From Raillietiella orientalis (taxonomy: Eukaryota): a stretch of 64,000 nucleotides of DNA. Where the stretch lies: contig JAYWIR010000009.1 in assembly GCA_036172245.1 (NCBI GenBank), positions 372,001 to 436,000 of the forward strand, written 5' to 3'. Both the position numbers and the translations under genes were made by a program. Shown one piece after another: positions 11,537 to 22,449 of this stretch. Numbering within the stretch: position 1 is the first letter of the stretch; each line of letters starts with the position of its first letter. The notes beneath the pieces were generated by a model, which did no database searches, was not told the DNA's origin, and saw only the letters and a program-made list of their open reading frames with translations.

Positions 11537-13540
11537 CTGCACGAGGGACAGCACGAGCAGCAGCCCCCGCCTCCCACGGAGCACCAGGAGCAGCACGCCG
11601 TCGCCCGCGACAGGGAGCAGGCAGAGTCCATCGCGGACGCCGCCGCCGATTCCCAGCGGGTGAATGGAGTCATCCTGTTCTTCAGAAAGCTGAGGAATCC
11701 GGTATCCATCCCGTCAATCCCCACATCTATGAAGGAGAGGAAGCGGGAGAGGCAGCAGAAGCGGGTGAAGGAGACCAATCCAAACGCCTGGTACCGCCTG
11801 GGAATGCTCAAGAACCTCTTCGAGAAGCGAAAGGGAATCCGCGACTACACCCTGGTGATGGGCATGTTCGGCATCGTCGTCATGGCCGTTGAGGACGAGC
11901 TATCGAGCGCGGACGTCTGCAGCAAGGCCTCCTGCTACTCCATGACCCTGAAGGCTCTCATCACGCTGCTGCGCTTTATCGTGGCCTACCACACCCTGGA
12001 GGCCCAGCTCTTCATGATGGACAAATGGAGGGTCGCCATCACATGGAGGAGGATCGAACTTATCTCCCTGGAGCTGGCTGTGTTCTCGGAGCATCCCATC
12101 CCCGAGGAGCACAAATCGCCGTGGATCACGAAGCTGGCCAACCACAGCAACGTCATCGGCTCCCAATGGGCGCCGGTGGACGTGACTCATCCTGTCCATG
12201 TTCCTCCTGTTGTGCCTGATCTGCCGCTGATGCTGTTATACAGCATGCTCTTTACCGGCTCCTCCTCGCTCCTTCCTAAACGATGGAAATCCTTTTGGGT
12301 TCTTTTCTGTCTTTGCTGTTTTCCTTTCAGCTTCTTTTTTGGTTCGCTGAGTACCTCAAGAACCGTCGCGCGCCTGGCAGCTGACTCAGCTCTTTGACAC
12401 TGTTCCACGCCGCCACCTGAGGGCGCATGTAATTCTCCAAGATAGGAGGTATCCCGTGAGGGAGCCACCCTATGAATACAGGAAGGACTCCGTTGAAGGA
12501 AGCCCGTTCCTCTCATGCTTGGGGAGGGATCTTCGAAGTGAAGCCTCCACCCTGGTTGTCTCTAAAGAGAATCTTGAAAAGAATCTCCTTCCTTATTCTC
12601 TCTGGAGGGATCCCAGGAAGCGTCCGTTCCATTTTTTTTCTTCTCCGAAAGAAACCGGGAAAAGAACCGCTATTAGGAATTTCTTCTCCGGAGGGAACCC
12701 GCAAAGGAACCGCTCTCTGTATTCTCCTCCTCCGAAGAAAACCCCGAACGGACGCTTCCGAAGTTTCTCAGAAGGACGCTCCCCGAAGGGAGAGGCACGC
12801 TTATCTGCACTCTGGAGAGGTACGACACCAGCTCCATGGTACGAGACGGAGGGTCCTCCCCAAAGGAGGGCCGCTTCTTTGCACAACCGGAGGGGAACTG
12901 TTTCTGATTCTGTTTCCTGGAAGGACCCTGTAGGCTAGACTCCCAATTCCTGCCACTCGTTGGGGACATCCGTTTTAACGGCTACCAGTGCCGCACGCGG
13001 ATGCATGTAAGGATGCACGTAAGCAGACCAGCGTCATCTTGCAGGAGGAACACGAACTTACGACGCATCCCCCATCTCTCGGCGTCGATTCATGCCGGCA
13101 GAACCATCCATCTTGAAGCCGCGATGCTTGGTGCCACGCGCGGAGACCATGACCACATGAACTCCGACGCGCACTCATCCGCATCAGTTTCAACAGGCGC
13201 TTCGTGCTGAAGACGCTCGCGACCATCTACACCTGCACCGTCCTCCTCGTCTTCATGGTGTCCCTGTGGATCATCCCGACGTGGATGCTCAGGAAGTGCG
13301 AGAGGTACCGCGACGCGCATACGTACGTACATACGCATGGTACTGAAGGCCGCGTGGCTAGTGGCCATCACCTTTCTGAGCGTGGGATACGGCAGTGGGT
13401 GCTCGGTATCGTCCCGAGCACCTACTGCTGCAATGGGATAGAAGTGACCTCGGGCATCATGGGCACTGGTCGTACGGATGATTGCCGCGGTGTCACGGAA
13501 GCTAGAACTGTCCCAGCTTGGGAAGCATAACTTGACACCA
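11537..13540 (+). pseudogene. SK: Processed pseudogene fragment of the small-conductance Ca2+-activated K+ channel (SK/KCNN), interrupted by a SINE at about 12275-13170
   Basis: The first segment reads NAWYRLGMLKNLFEKRKGIRDYTLVMGMFGIVVMAVEDELSSA...YHTLEAQLFM..WRVAITW...HPIP...WITKLANH...LMLLYSMLFT. It resumes at 13171 with ALIRISFNRRFVLKTL..CTVLLVFMVSLWII..WMLRKCER, the pore AITFLSVGYG (GYG about 13385-13393), IVPSTYC, GIMG and AVSRKLEL. It carries several frameshifts and deletions. Confidence 0.93.
12275..13170 (-). mobile_element. Full-length tRNA-headed SINE inserted into the SK pseudogene
   Basis: The head is at 13170 (rc gcgtcggag..tggtctccgcgcgtggcaccaagcatcgcgg). The minisatellite body spans 12570-12770 and the A-rich 3' tail runs to about 12275. 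The SK reading frame resumes immediately at 13171. Confidence 0.88.
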
Positions 13541-14152
13541 GGAAGGCTCCGAAGGAGGGAGTCCGTTCCTCTTGAGAATGGGAGGGAACCGTTCGACCTC
13601 GTTGTCTCCGAAAGGAACCCAGTAGGAAATTTCTTGCTTGTTCTCCCCGGAGGGGCGACCAGGAGGGTACCGCTCCTCGTTTCTTCTCCGGAAAGAACCC
13701 GGAAAGAATCTGCTCCTGAATTCCTGCTCCGGAGAGAACTTGCAAGGGATCCGCTGTTGGTTTCCTCCTCTGAAGAGGACACTGAAGGAACGCTTCCCGA
13801 TTTCTCTGAAGGGTTCTTCTGATACCCTGGGGAGGCGACTCCCTGAGGGCTCCATTGTGCGGCTTCATTTTCACATCCAGAGGGAACCTCCGAGGGGAAC
13901 CGAATTCCTGGTTCCCGGAAGCACCCCGGAGGGTCGACTTTCAATCCTAGTCAACGGGGAGATCCGGGGGGTTTCCGGTTTCCACCAGTGCCGCACCCGA
14001 ATGTAGGCCAACCGGCGTCACCCTGCGGAGGGGAGGGACTCGAAACTCAGGACGCAGCCCCTCTTCTCGGAGTCGATCCTTCCCCGTGCGGGATTCGAAC
14101 CCGCGACGCTCGGTGTCACGCGCGGGCGACCGCAGCCGCACGGCCGCCAACG
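13539..14152 (-). mobile_element. 5' part of the split SINE (tRNA-like head plus minisatellite body)
   Basis: The rc head is cgttggcggccgtgcggctgcggtcgcc...gcgggttcgaatcccgca (canonical B box). The body ends abruptly at ggagccttcctgg. Confidence 0.88.
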
Positions 14153-14399
14153 AGGGTCGAACTCCGAATTTCGTTTGATGGATTGCTTGATGTCAGTTGA
14201 CTGATCCGAAGAATATGTCGATGGCTTGTAGTCACCTGGTCATCAAGACAGGTGCCTCAAGACAGAACTTTGTGTTCTTTCTGGAAATTAACTTAATCGA
14301 CAAGACTTTATTATGAAATTGTATATGCAAAATTTTAATGATAAAAGCCACGGCTTACTAGGGTGAAAAACTTGGTCATCATTCCTCAAAATTGACGGA

Positions 14400-15830
14400 T
14401 TCAACAGACTGCCACGCTGTCGAGCCAAGGTCTCGAAGACCTTTCACCATTGAAGAGGCTTCCTCCTCATTTGTGTCATCCTTTTCGTTTCTACGCGTGC
14501 ACATCCATGGTGCACTCTCCATGGGAAACCTTTTAGAGCATCTCAACTCGGAGGATACTCTTTCTTGCGACGACTACTTTCCGAGAGGGGTGGACGGTTC
14601 CGGGGCTTCGAAAATCCGCACGAACAGCCCTTTCTATACGAACAGCTGAGCAGCTTGATTTTCGAGTACGTCACTTCCTCCCAGCGAAGCCCACTTTGCA
14701 GATGCTCGTGATCTTAAATACCTTCCAGCTGGCTGCCACCGATTCTCCCAGTGCTGTTCGTCTTCATCGAAAATTGGAGCCCATGTCCTTTGGTGTTCTC
14801 CTTTACGAGCCCCCGTGGTCCATAACGGGCTCATCGCAATTTGTGGGAGCTTCCTTTCAAGGTACACTGCTTGGAAGGAAGGTTTCCTTCCTTCTGGCTG
14901 GTTGCTTTCTTTGAGCCGGAGGAAGGAGCAAAGTGGACTACCAAGGGAAGTTCCATCTGATGGACTGGCTCACTCGCTCTTGCATGACTCGGGCATCTCT
15001 TGCATAAACAACGCGAGGCAAACAAGCCATAAATTTCGTGTCCTCTTCATGTGAGAGCAAATTTTATGCCGAGGACACGTTCCTGTGCTCCAATCTCGAC
15101 GTTCCTCGAAAATGTGGATCTCTGAAAATGCACTTCTTGGAGTGGAAGGAAGAGTGGATACATTTCCTTCCTCGCTTAGTCTTTCCTCAATGGGCGAAGA
15201 CAACATTTCAAAAGTGCCCCAATTTCGCTCCTAATGATCTGCAGAGTTTAAGTAATGGCGCTGATGAGTCTGCTTTGGCTCGCGAGTGGCACTCGGAGAA
15301 CATCATGTCCTCGCTTAAAGACATCAGTCTGGTCACAATGGTCCTTAGACTTTTTATGGGGCCCCGCGCTCGAATGTAGATGAAAGCAGCATTTTTCGTT
15401 GGAGCTTTATTGCTCTTGTAATGGGAGGGTCGCTCGATCGTAGGGCCGCTCTGCTGCCAAAGATTTTTCAGTCTTCCATTGGTTGACGGTGCTGAAAGCA
15501 AATGAACGGCCATCGGACGGCTGCAGTTTAATGGATCGAAGCTGAATCGACCGAATGCAGCTTCTGGTAAGGATGATCAATCAAAGAAACGTTGACACGG
15601 CTCATCCTTCGCATTTTCTGGAGATTAATTTGAACGCCCTTCAATTTAAATTTACGGCTGGACCAGTCAACATCATGGGGCCGCGCCTTCATAGAAAACC
15701 TCTCTTCGGATACTTGGATGTGGGGTTTCGTGGAGAGGAACCGTCCCAATGAGCCCAAGAGAGAGTTGCGGACTCCTCTTAAAGGGCTCAGCGTCTTCGG
15801 TTCCACATCCTCTGTCTCTAGCACGATCAA
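14400..15830 (-). mobile_element. Degenerate Ty3/Gypsy RT-end/RNaseH/integrase relic
   Basis: LGRFL (LR.FLG), GPIKSLRTI (TDHKPL..I) and LFVRIFEAPE...SSQE...SAPW (F.R.G.P...S.EF...SSP) occur in the expected order. The similarity is weak. Confidence 0.35.
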
Positions 15831-16049
15831 GCTGCGTTTGTGTCAAAGGAGACGCAGGTGTTTCTCACGGTGGACAAGGGAATGGGAGGTAGGGTGAACG
15901 GAAAAAAAAAACCGAGCGAATCCGCCATCCGGTTCTCGCGAGACTTCCGAGGTCGACACAGGTTGGGAAGGAGGGAACATCGGCAAGTCCTTCGTTTCGC
16001 AGCGACCGCCCCGAGGTGCGCCTTGCGCCTCGCTGGGGGGTAGGAGATC

Positions 16050-18780
16050 TCGTCTTCCTGCGCACGAGAGCAACGCCCTCCGCCTCCAGCATTCACGAAA
16101 CCGCGGATGTCCAGGTGGCAGAAGCTGGGCAGCGACCGTAAGCCGCTGACGGTATCGACCTCACCCATCCTTTTGCGCGGCGAGGCATCATCGGAGGAGC
16201 AGTGGCAGCAGCGGGCGCGTGGGAAGGAGGACGCAGGTGTGCAGCACCAAACCCAAGGTATCTCCGAGGGCTCCTGAGGGATTCCAAGGAATTCTTTCTA
16301 CCTCCGGGCAGCTCGTACTGATTTATCAGGCGGAAGTCCGTGGCGCAGGTTGTACAGTCACAGAGCATTCAATGGCTTTGGCGGCATAGACGCTGCAGCA
16401 GGTCGTGCCATCGGCGAAACTCGGTCTGCCTTGCCTAAGAGACACTAGGGAAGCACCGACAAAGATACGGCGGGTGAGGAGGGACACGAGGAAAAAGACA
16501 GGCGTCTTGGAACCCGTCCAGGGAACCACCGCAGGCGAATCGTGGCACTCCTGCTGGTAACACGTGTCCATCCGGAGGAGTCTTCGCTCCCACAGCTTTT
16601 CCGACTCGAAGCGTGGCGGTCAGGCAGGGACGTGGCACCCCTGCTCCAGAAGCTCCCCAGTTCTCTGTAGAGCAGCCCCCCACTGCGCGGTTCCGGAGGG
16701 CGGACAAGCAGGAAGCGCGAGGCAATCAGGATCCGAAGTGCAGAGGTCGGTGGGGGCTTCTCGCGGGAAAAGGACTTTGGCAACGTCGGCGTCTTTCCAG
16801 CGGGATTCAGGCAATCCCAAGTCCTTTACCCTCGCCGTGACGTTGCCGCAACCGCACGACCTGCCTTCTCATCAAGACGCGCACGCGGGAGAGACCGGAA
16901 AAGGGACGAGCGCAGCGCACGCAGGAAACCTCCCCTCCCGCCTCCCCTTCAGAAAGAACAACGCGGTTGCGCGGGGACCAACCAAGACCAGTGCGAACCT
17001 TCTCGTCGCGAGACGTCCCTCCAGCTTCAGAAACAGGTTGGAGGCCGTGCGGCTGCAATCTCTTGGCACGTGGTGCCAAGCGCTGCGGGTTCGAATGCCG
17101 CCCGGGGAAGGATTGACGCCGAGAACGGGCAGTGCGTTGTGGGTTTCGAGTTCATCCTGCAGGATGACTCTGGTTGGCCTGTAGGCCTCGGGTGTAGCAC
17201 TGGTGGAAACAGGAACAGGATGGAAACAGGATGCCTCCGTCGACCGATCGGGATTAGAGATTGGCCCTCCAGGTCCTTCCAGGAATCAAGGACTCAGTTC
17301 CTTGAGGAGGTTCTTCTCCGGTTGTAAAAATTGAGACGTCTTCCCCCTGAGGTGGGGACTCTCCATCGGGTATCATGAAGCTGCTGGATTGATGCCTCTC
17401 CAGAGTTCAAGAAGCGCGATGCTCCCTTACGGAAGCATCCTTCAGTTAAATTTGGGATTGTTCCTCCGGGGTTCTTTCCAGAGGAGGAAACGAGGAGAGG
17501 ATCCTTTCAGGGTTTCCTTCGGAGACAAACAGGGCGAGAAATTCCTCCCAAGAGTAGGAGAAAAGGACTTTTTCCTCAGGAGCCTTCCTGGATTCATAGG
17601 GTGGTCCCCTTCCCGGGTACACCCTAACTTACAGAGTTACACCCATCCCCCATGACGTGGAGCAGTGCAAAAGATCTCCGTGAGCTCCTAGAGGAGCGGG
17701 TCTTTAGTACTTAGCGAGCCAAAAAAAACAGGAAAAAGGGAGCACCTGACCGCAGAATGGGCTTCCGGCGGAAGTGCTCGGTCGCCTTCCCGAGTCGGAT
17801 TTCTCGTCCTCTGCTTGCTGTCGCGCCTTCCCTGGACGCAGACTGCCCTCCTTGAAGGGGAAGTATCTACCCACCCTTTGCTCGAGTGGGACTGGAAGTG
17901 CACCGCCGTTGAGCAAGCTGGCATTCGGGATTCGTCGCAGATGCGAAAAGCCCGAGTCCGCTCCAGGCTCGCAAGGAACACACTCAGAGGCCCGTCCCAG
18001 CGCCGAGTACCGCTCATTTGCAGGAAACGTGTCGTTGGAGAGCCCGGAGGGACGCCAGTTGCCCTGGTGCCGCAGGGCTCGTCCTTCGGGCACGAGAGGC
18101 GGACCTGGAGGATGCAGACATCTGGCCAGCCTGTGCGCCGATTGGGGTGTCCTCGACGGGACCACAGGCGGCACACTGCTTCCTGCTCACCGAGGCAGCT
18201 GCAGGTCCCATCGGAAGGCTTGCGGAAGGTGGCATCGGCAAGCTGCGTGGCTGGACGGGTGGGTGCCTCCGCTCGAGGAGGTGTTTCGCGGGCTCCGGCC
18301 GAGTGGGCGCTGCTGCGAGCGCCCAGCGGGCTGAGCCGAGCTTCGCAGGGGCGCCAAAGTCGTGAGTCGCCTCCATGCGACGCACGCGAGCGGTGCTGCA
18401 GGCTTGAAGAAGGAAAGCCTTCCTGGGCGCCTTCCCTGCGGAAGGGCCTTGCAGGAGCGGCAGAGCAGCCGTACGGAATCTTTGAAGAGATTGTAGCGCC
18501 TGTCCGTGGGGCCGGGGCAGCCTGCGAAGAAGGTTCCGATTGCCACTCCGTGTGGCTGATCCGATCCTGCGGCGTCCTCCGGAACCGCATCGGAGGACAT
18601 CTTCCGATGGGGTGAGCTCCTTTTCGATCCTGAAATGGTGCGGCAAGTTCCACCTGATTCTTCCCCGTCCTCTCCAAGGTCGTGGCCGTCGAGGAAACGT
18701 GCCCGATCTAGTGGGACGCAGGGGTGCCGTAGCCAGCAGGCAAGGTGACGAGCATTGCTACACGTAAACCTGGGCACACG
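16050..18780 (+). mobile_element. Degenerate Ty3/Gypsy gag-protease-RT relic, GC-rich, interrupted by the SINE at 17036-17760
   Basis: Gag-like PPPAF..RW and EFFLP..RRK...Q..S. Protease-like KTSANLL. RT: PRQLQVP..LRKV...GV..PAEW, LKKESLP, GLAGA, KVPIATPCG, GTASEDIFR (compare G.SSA.EIFQR). Confidence 0.5.
17036..17760 (+). mobile_element. tRNA-headed SINE
   Basis: The head is gttggaggccgtgcggctgc...gcgggttcgaatgccgcccgggg. The family body and 3' A-rich region follow. Confidence 0.88.
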
Positions 18781-18842
18781 CGATCAGAGATCTGCTAGTG
18801 TCGCTTCCCAGGAGACGGAATTTTTAATCTCTGTGAGTGGGG

Positions 18843-19600
18843 TTTTCATCCGATCACGCCGGGGCGTTTGTTCTAAAAATAAGGTTCAACGATGACAGTC
18901 AAATGAAGTTTTCGTATGTCGCGGAAGTTTAGTCCCGCTAATGCGAGAGAAGTCTCGGAGGCAATGGCTGCTCGGAACATCTAAAGTGTTGAAAAGTGTC
19001 CTTTTAGGGAGTTAAGAGGAATGGAAATAAGCCAAAAAGCACTTAAATGTTCGGGGAGAGGGAGAGAAGCGATCACGAATCGCTCCTTGGTGCAATCCTT
19101 TGCATCCGCTCGCATTCCGTTTGCATCCTCTCAAGGATTCCGGCAAGTTCCTCCCGGTTGTGTCTCAGGCGCGGCCATCTCTCCGTGGTCCTTAGGAACG
19201 AGGAGACGGAGGAAGTGATTTCTCTGGTGTTCCGGCCTCTGTGTCGGGGCTTCCAGCCGCCACGCTTCTAAGGAGGAATAAGCGCAAAGACTGCTATCGT
19301 CGCGGCAGGCGATATCCCGCCACGCGTGAAGAGGCGTACGAATGAGGCTGTCAGTTGGTCTTTTCGGAAGTTCAAGAACGTGACGGAACGTCCCCACACA
19401 TACCTGTGGGCAACACACTCTAAAAGCAGGTGCGTGTGGTCTCTTGTGGTCAGGTTAGTAGCTTCTTGATGCGGCGTACCTTGCCGGTTCCACCGTAGTG
19501 CCACCTTGGTCATCGTGAGGCGAATGGCACCTGCTATTGCGGGCATATGGTCGTTTGGAACGGCGAGGTTGAGGAGATAATTTGTTAGCCTAGTGGTACA
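18843..19600 (-). mobile_element. L1/Tx1-like LINE 3' fragment
   Basis: The minus ORF reads HTHLLLECVAHRYVW...ISPAATIAVF. The family terminus is rc acaaacgccccggcgtgatcggatgaaaa at about 18843-18872. Confidence 0.65.
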
Positions 19601-21689
19601 GAAACGTTTCGTATAATCTCAGCAGAAACGCAGCTCCGGCTCAGGTGAAGACGATGCCTCGTGTAAACTGCGCACTGGCACTGTCTTTCTTGCGAATGCA
19701 TGAGATGGAGTCCTGTCAGGGATAGGAGAGTCACTGCTTGTGCTTAGTTAGGCCGTCATGACCTCAACAAGTGAGGCTCTTTGGAGATGACACCAACTTT
19801 ACTTGCGGGAGGTGTGTGACATAGAGGAGTTGTCAACAGTTTCAACGGCAACGAGAAAACGAGTACCAAGATATGCGAAGGAGACTTGAGAAGAGCAAAG
19901 GTCGATTACCTATGAGCAGTTCATTTCCATAACAAAATCTCAACTTAAACGCAAATTCTTAATGAGATTCTAGGAGACAAAGGGATGCAGCCTTCAAAGG
20001 CCACAAGACTGAAGGACTCTGCTATAATTTCCATCTCCCCGTTCTCTCCAGCTTGAGAGCTCATGCTCGCGAATCGGCGTCAAAACGGATCCAAAATGGC
20101 CGACTCTCATTTTCGTCCCCCTCCCCAAACTTCAGACTCGTCTTCATTTGTCAACGTATCACCTCGTGAATCCCGCGGTGCACCGCACCTTTTTTTGAGA
20201 GCGTTGAGCTTCTTTACTCCTTAGCCCTTTAAACACATCGTTGTGCAACCCTCACTTCTTGGAGCGGAGAGTGCTGCGTACTGGCGAAGAACTCCCGTGT
20301 TACGGGAACACGTTCCCGAAGATTTCTTTCATGGATGGCATGGCGGGAATTTTATCCCGTGGCTGTAACATTTACTTCTCATTCCTTCGACATGGAAACC
20401 CCTGAAGCCCATCCAATCCCTTGCTCCTGATCTTTCCCGACTAGAGTCCTCGGAATTCAGCAGTAGCGGTGCAGTCCGGTACTTGTTTGTGTCCTCTCAG
20501 TCATCCTGTCACTCTCCGCTGTCCCATACCGCCTACCGACGAGGTCCGGCATCAAGCAAAGTCACGCGGATAAGCAACAACTACTCGCTGTATCTTAGTA
20601 TGAAGATGCTTCGGAGGCCAGTTTTGGCTTCCACAACTTTCCAATTGCGGAGCTTAACTTGAGGATGTAGGAGAACGAGGAGAACATGACGCCAGGCCCA
20701 CGCATGATGCAGCACAGGGAAGCAAGAAAGTTCCTAATCACCAGACTAAGCACGGGTCATGATCTGAGTGGGAAAGAACGCGCGTGGGAGCATCTCTTTC
20801 ATACGGAAGAGACTACGTCGTACCATCTGTACCGACTGAACGTGCGCCCTGGAACACTTTTGCTGCTCCCTCCTCGATCCCTTGTTTGCTTGCCCGCTAC
20901 CCCATTCGGCGAAGATCCGAACGCAGCATCTCCTGAGGATAACTCTGTGGGGAGCTTCAAGGTCCCAGATCCACCTGGAAGACTTGATAGCGTCACGTCA
21001 GGACGCTGGGCAACCTGGCGCTGCAAAAAGAAAGATCGGGTTGCCTGTACAGATCCCTATAGAACCGCTGACACTATGAGCCAAATTGTGAACTTCGCGT
21101 TGGTTTGTTCCTGTAGGATTCATCCTTCGGCGCGCGTCAGCCGCGACGGACTGTTATTTTGGCTGCTGCGCTACGGACACAGGATGCGGGCTTCGGCTTT
21201 CCGCTGCGGCAACTGGACTCGCTTTTCGAATCCCACTCTCGGATCTCCTGCCGTTCCAGCAGCCGCAATCCGTGACGACAAGAGGCGGTTGCGAGCTGGG
21301 TTCCCACTCTGGAAATGCACTCAGAGGAACCTTATGTCGTTTGATATCTAGTAAACCTTGCACTGGGATATGTCGCGCAGGACTCGACGAAATAGGCCGT
21401 CCTGATTGGCAGTCATCTTCCTTGTCACAGCGCTATATGTCCTAGAGGCAACCAAGGTCAGTAGTAGCCTACCGGCGGGGAGTTCTTTCGAACCATTCTG
21501 GTAGCGAACAAACTCCTTGACGACCGGAAGGAGAGCGAGATAATGTCTGCCTCCACTTCACGTTGTCGGGTCAAGGGACCACCGGAAGAGCTGTTGAGTG
21601 TGTTCTTTGATGAACTGATGGTCTCTCGGTTTTTGGACATTTGAGTGTTCCTCTTGAGGTAGAAACCGAATGTGCTGCTGTTTCTCTAA

Positions 21690-22410
21690 CCAGCGAAGAT
21701 ATTTCGTGTCCAGGGGAGTTGCATCCATGTTCTGTTTGAGGTCATGCGAACAGAGTGCTCTCCGAGAACTGTGTCAGAGGGTGTCTTCAGCGCTCCTGCA
21801 CCGCTGTGGAATATACCGCTGTGGACTTGCTGCAGAAATTCTTTGTGCATGGCAGATCTTCAACAGGCTCCCTGATAGAAAGCAGATGCTGCACACGCGC
21901 CTTCGAGCGCCATGTGATGTAGTCTCGACTGCAGCGAAGGGTCACCTGTATGGCAGGAGTCTACGTGAGGAAGGCTGCGATGTGACCTCGCCTTCAAGAA
22001 GTTTTTTTTGTGTGTGTGTGCCTGTGTGTGTATGTGTTTTTTGCATGTTTTTCAGTGCGGCATGCGCGGCACTGAACAAGGAGCAGAGGGCAACGTGAGG
22101 GAGGTGGTCGAGGGAGTCCTGCTTCCCAATCCTGCCGTCTAATGGCCCAAGAAGAGAGACGTGCCCGCTGCCAGGAGCGAAAAAAGACTCAACTTCAAGA
22201 AGAAGTCGAGTCAGCAATCGTCGGTATTCTGTGCCGGTACTGATCCAGAAGAAGCGTCCAATGACAAAATATCCCCTTCAGCTCTGGACCGCCCAACTAA
22301 CTCGCCCGCTTATCGGTAAACTTTGTTTTGGTGTTTCTGTAAACGACGTTTCCGTCTTGTCTGCTCATATTTTTCATAAATAAAGGACCCGGAGTGACCG
22401 GGTGAAAAAA
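21690..22410 (+). mobile_element. L1/Tx1-like LINE 3' fragment containing a short (TG)n patch
   Basis: A decayed Cys/His region (ALRELCQRVSSAL) is present, and the ORF end matches 5440-5480. The terminus is aataaaggacccggagtgaccgggtgaaaaaa. Confidence 0.6.
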
Positions 22411-22449
22411 TGAAGACTCGTACTGCCTAAACGTGCACCACCTACCAGA

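Noticed and set aside
11523..13536. Inverted 10-mer gtcaagttat / ataacttgac at the two ends of the SK fragment as TIRs (Pack-type capture)
   Set aside because: The left copy is explained by SINE sequence. The right copy is explained by a deleted SK H-N-F..D-T codon run. The match is probably coincidental.
13560..13820. CRISPR-like array in the 40-45 bp periodic repeats
   Set aside because: The units are degenerate tandem repeats without unique spacers, sit inside SINEs, and have no cas genes nearby.
14085..14152. tRNA genes at GGTTCGAATCC motifs (also near 17090, 32470 and 63400)
   Set aside because: No complete cloverleaf could be drawn, and each motif is followed by the same SINE body.
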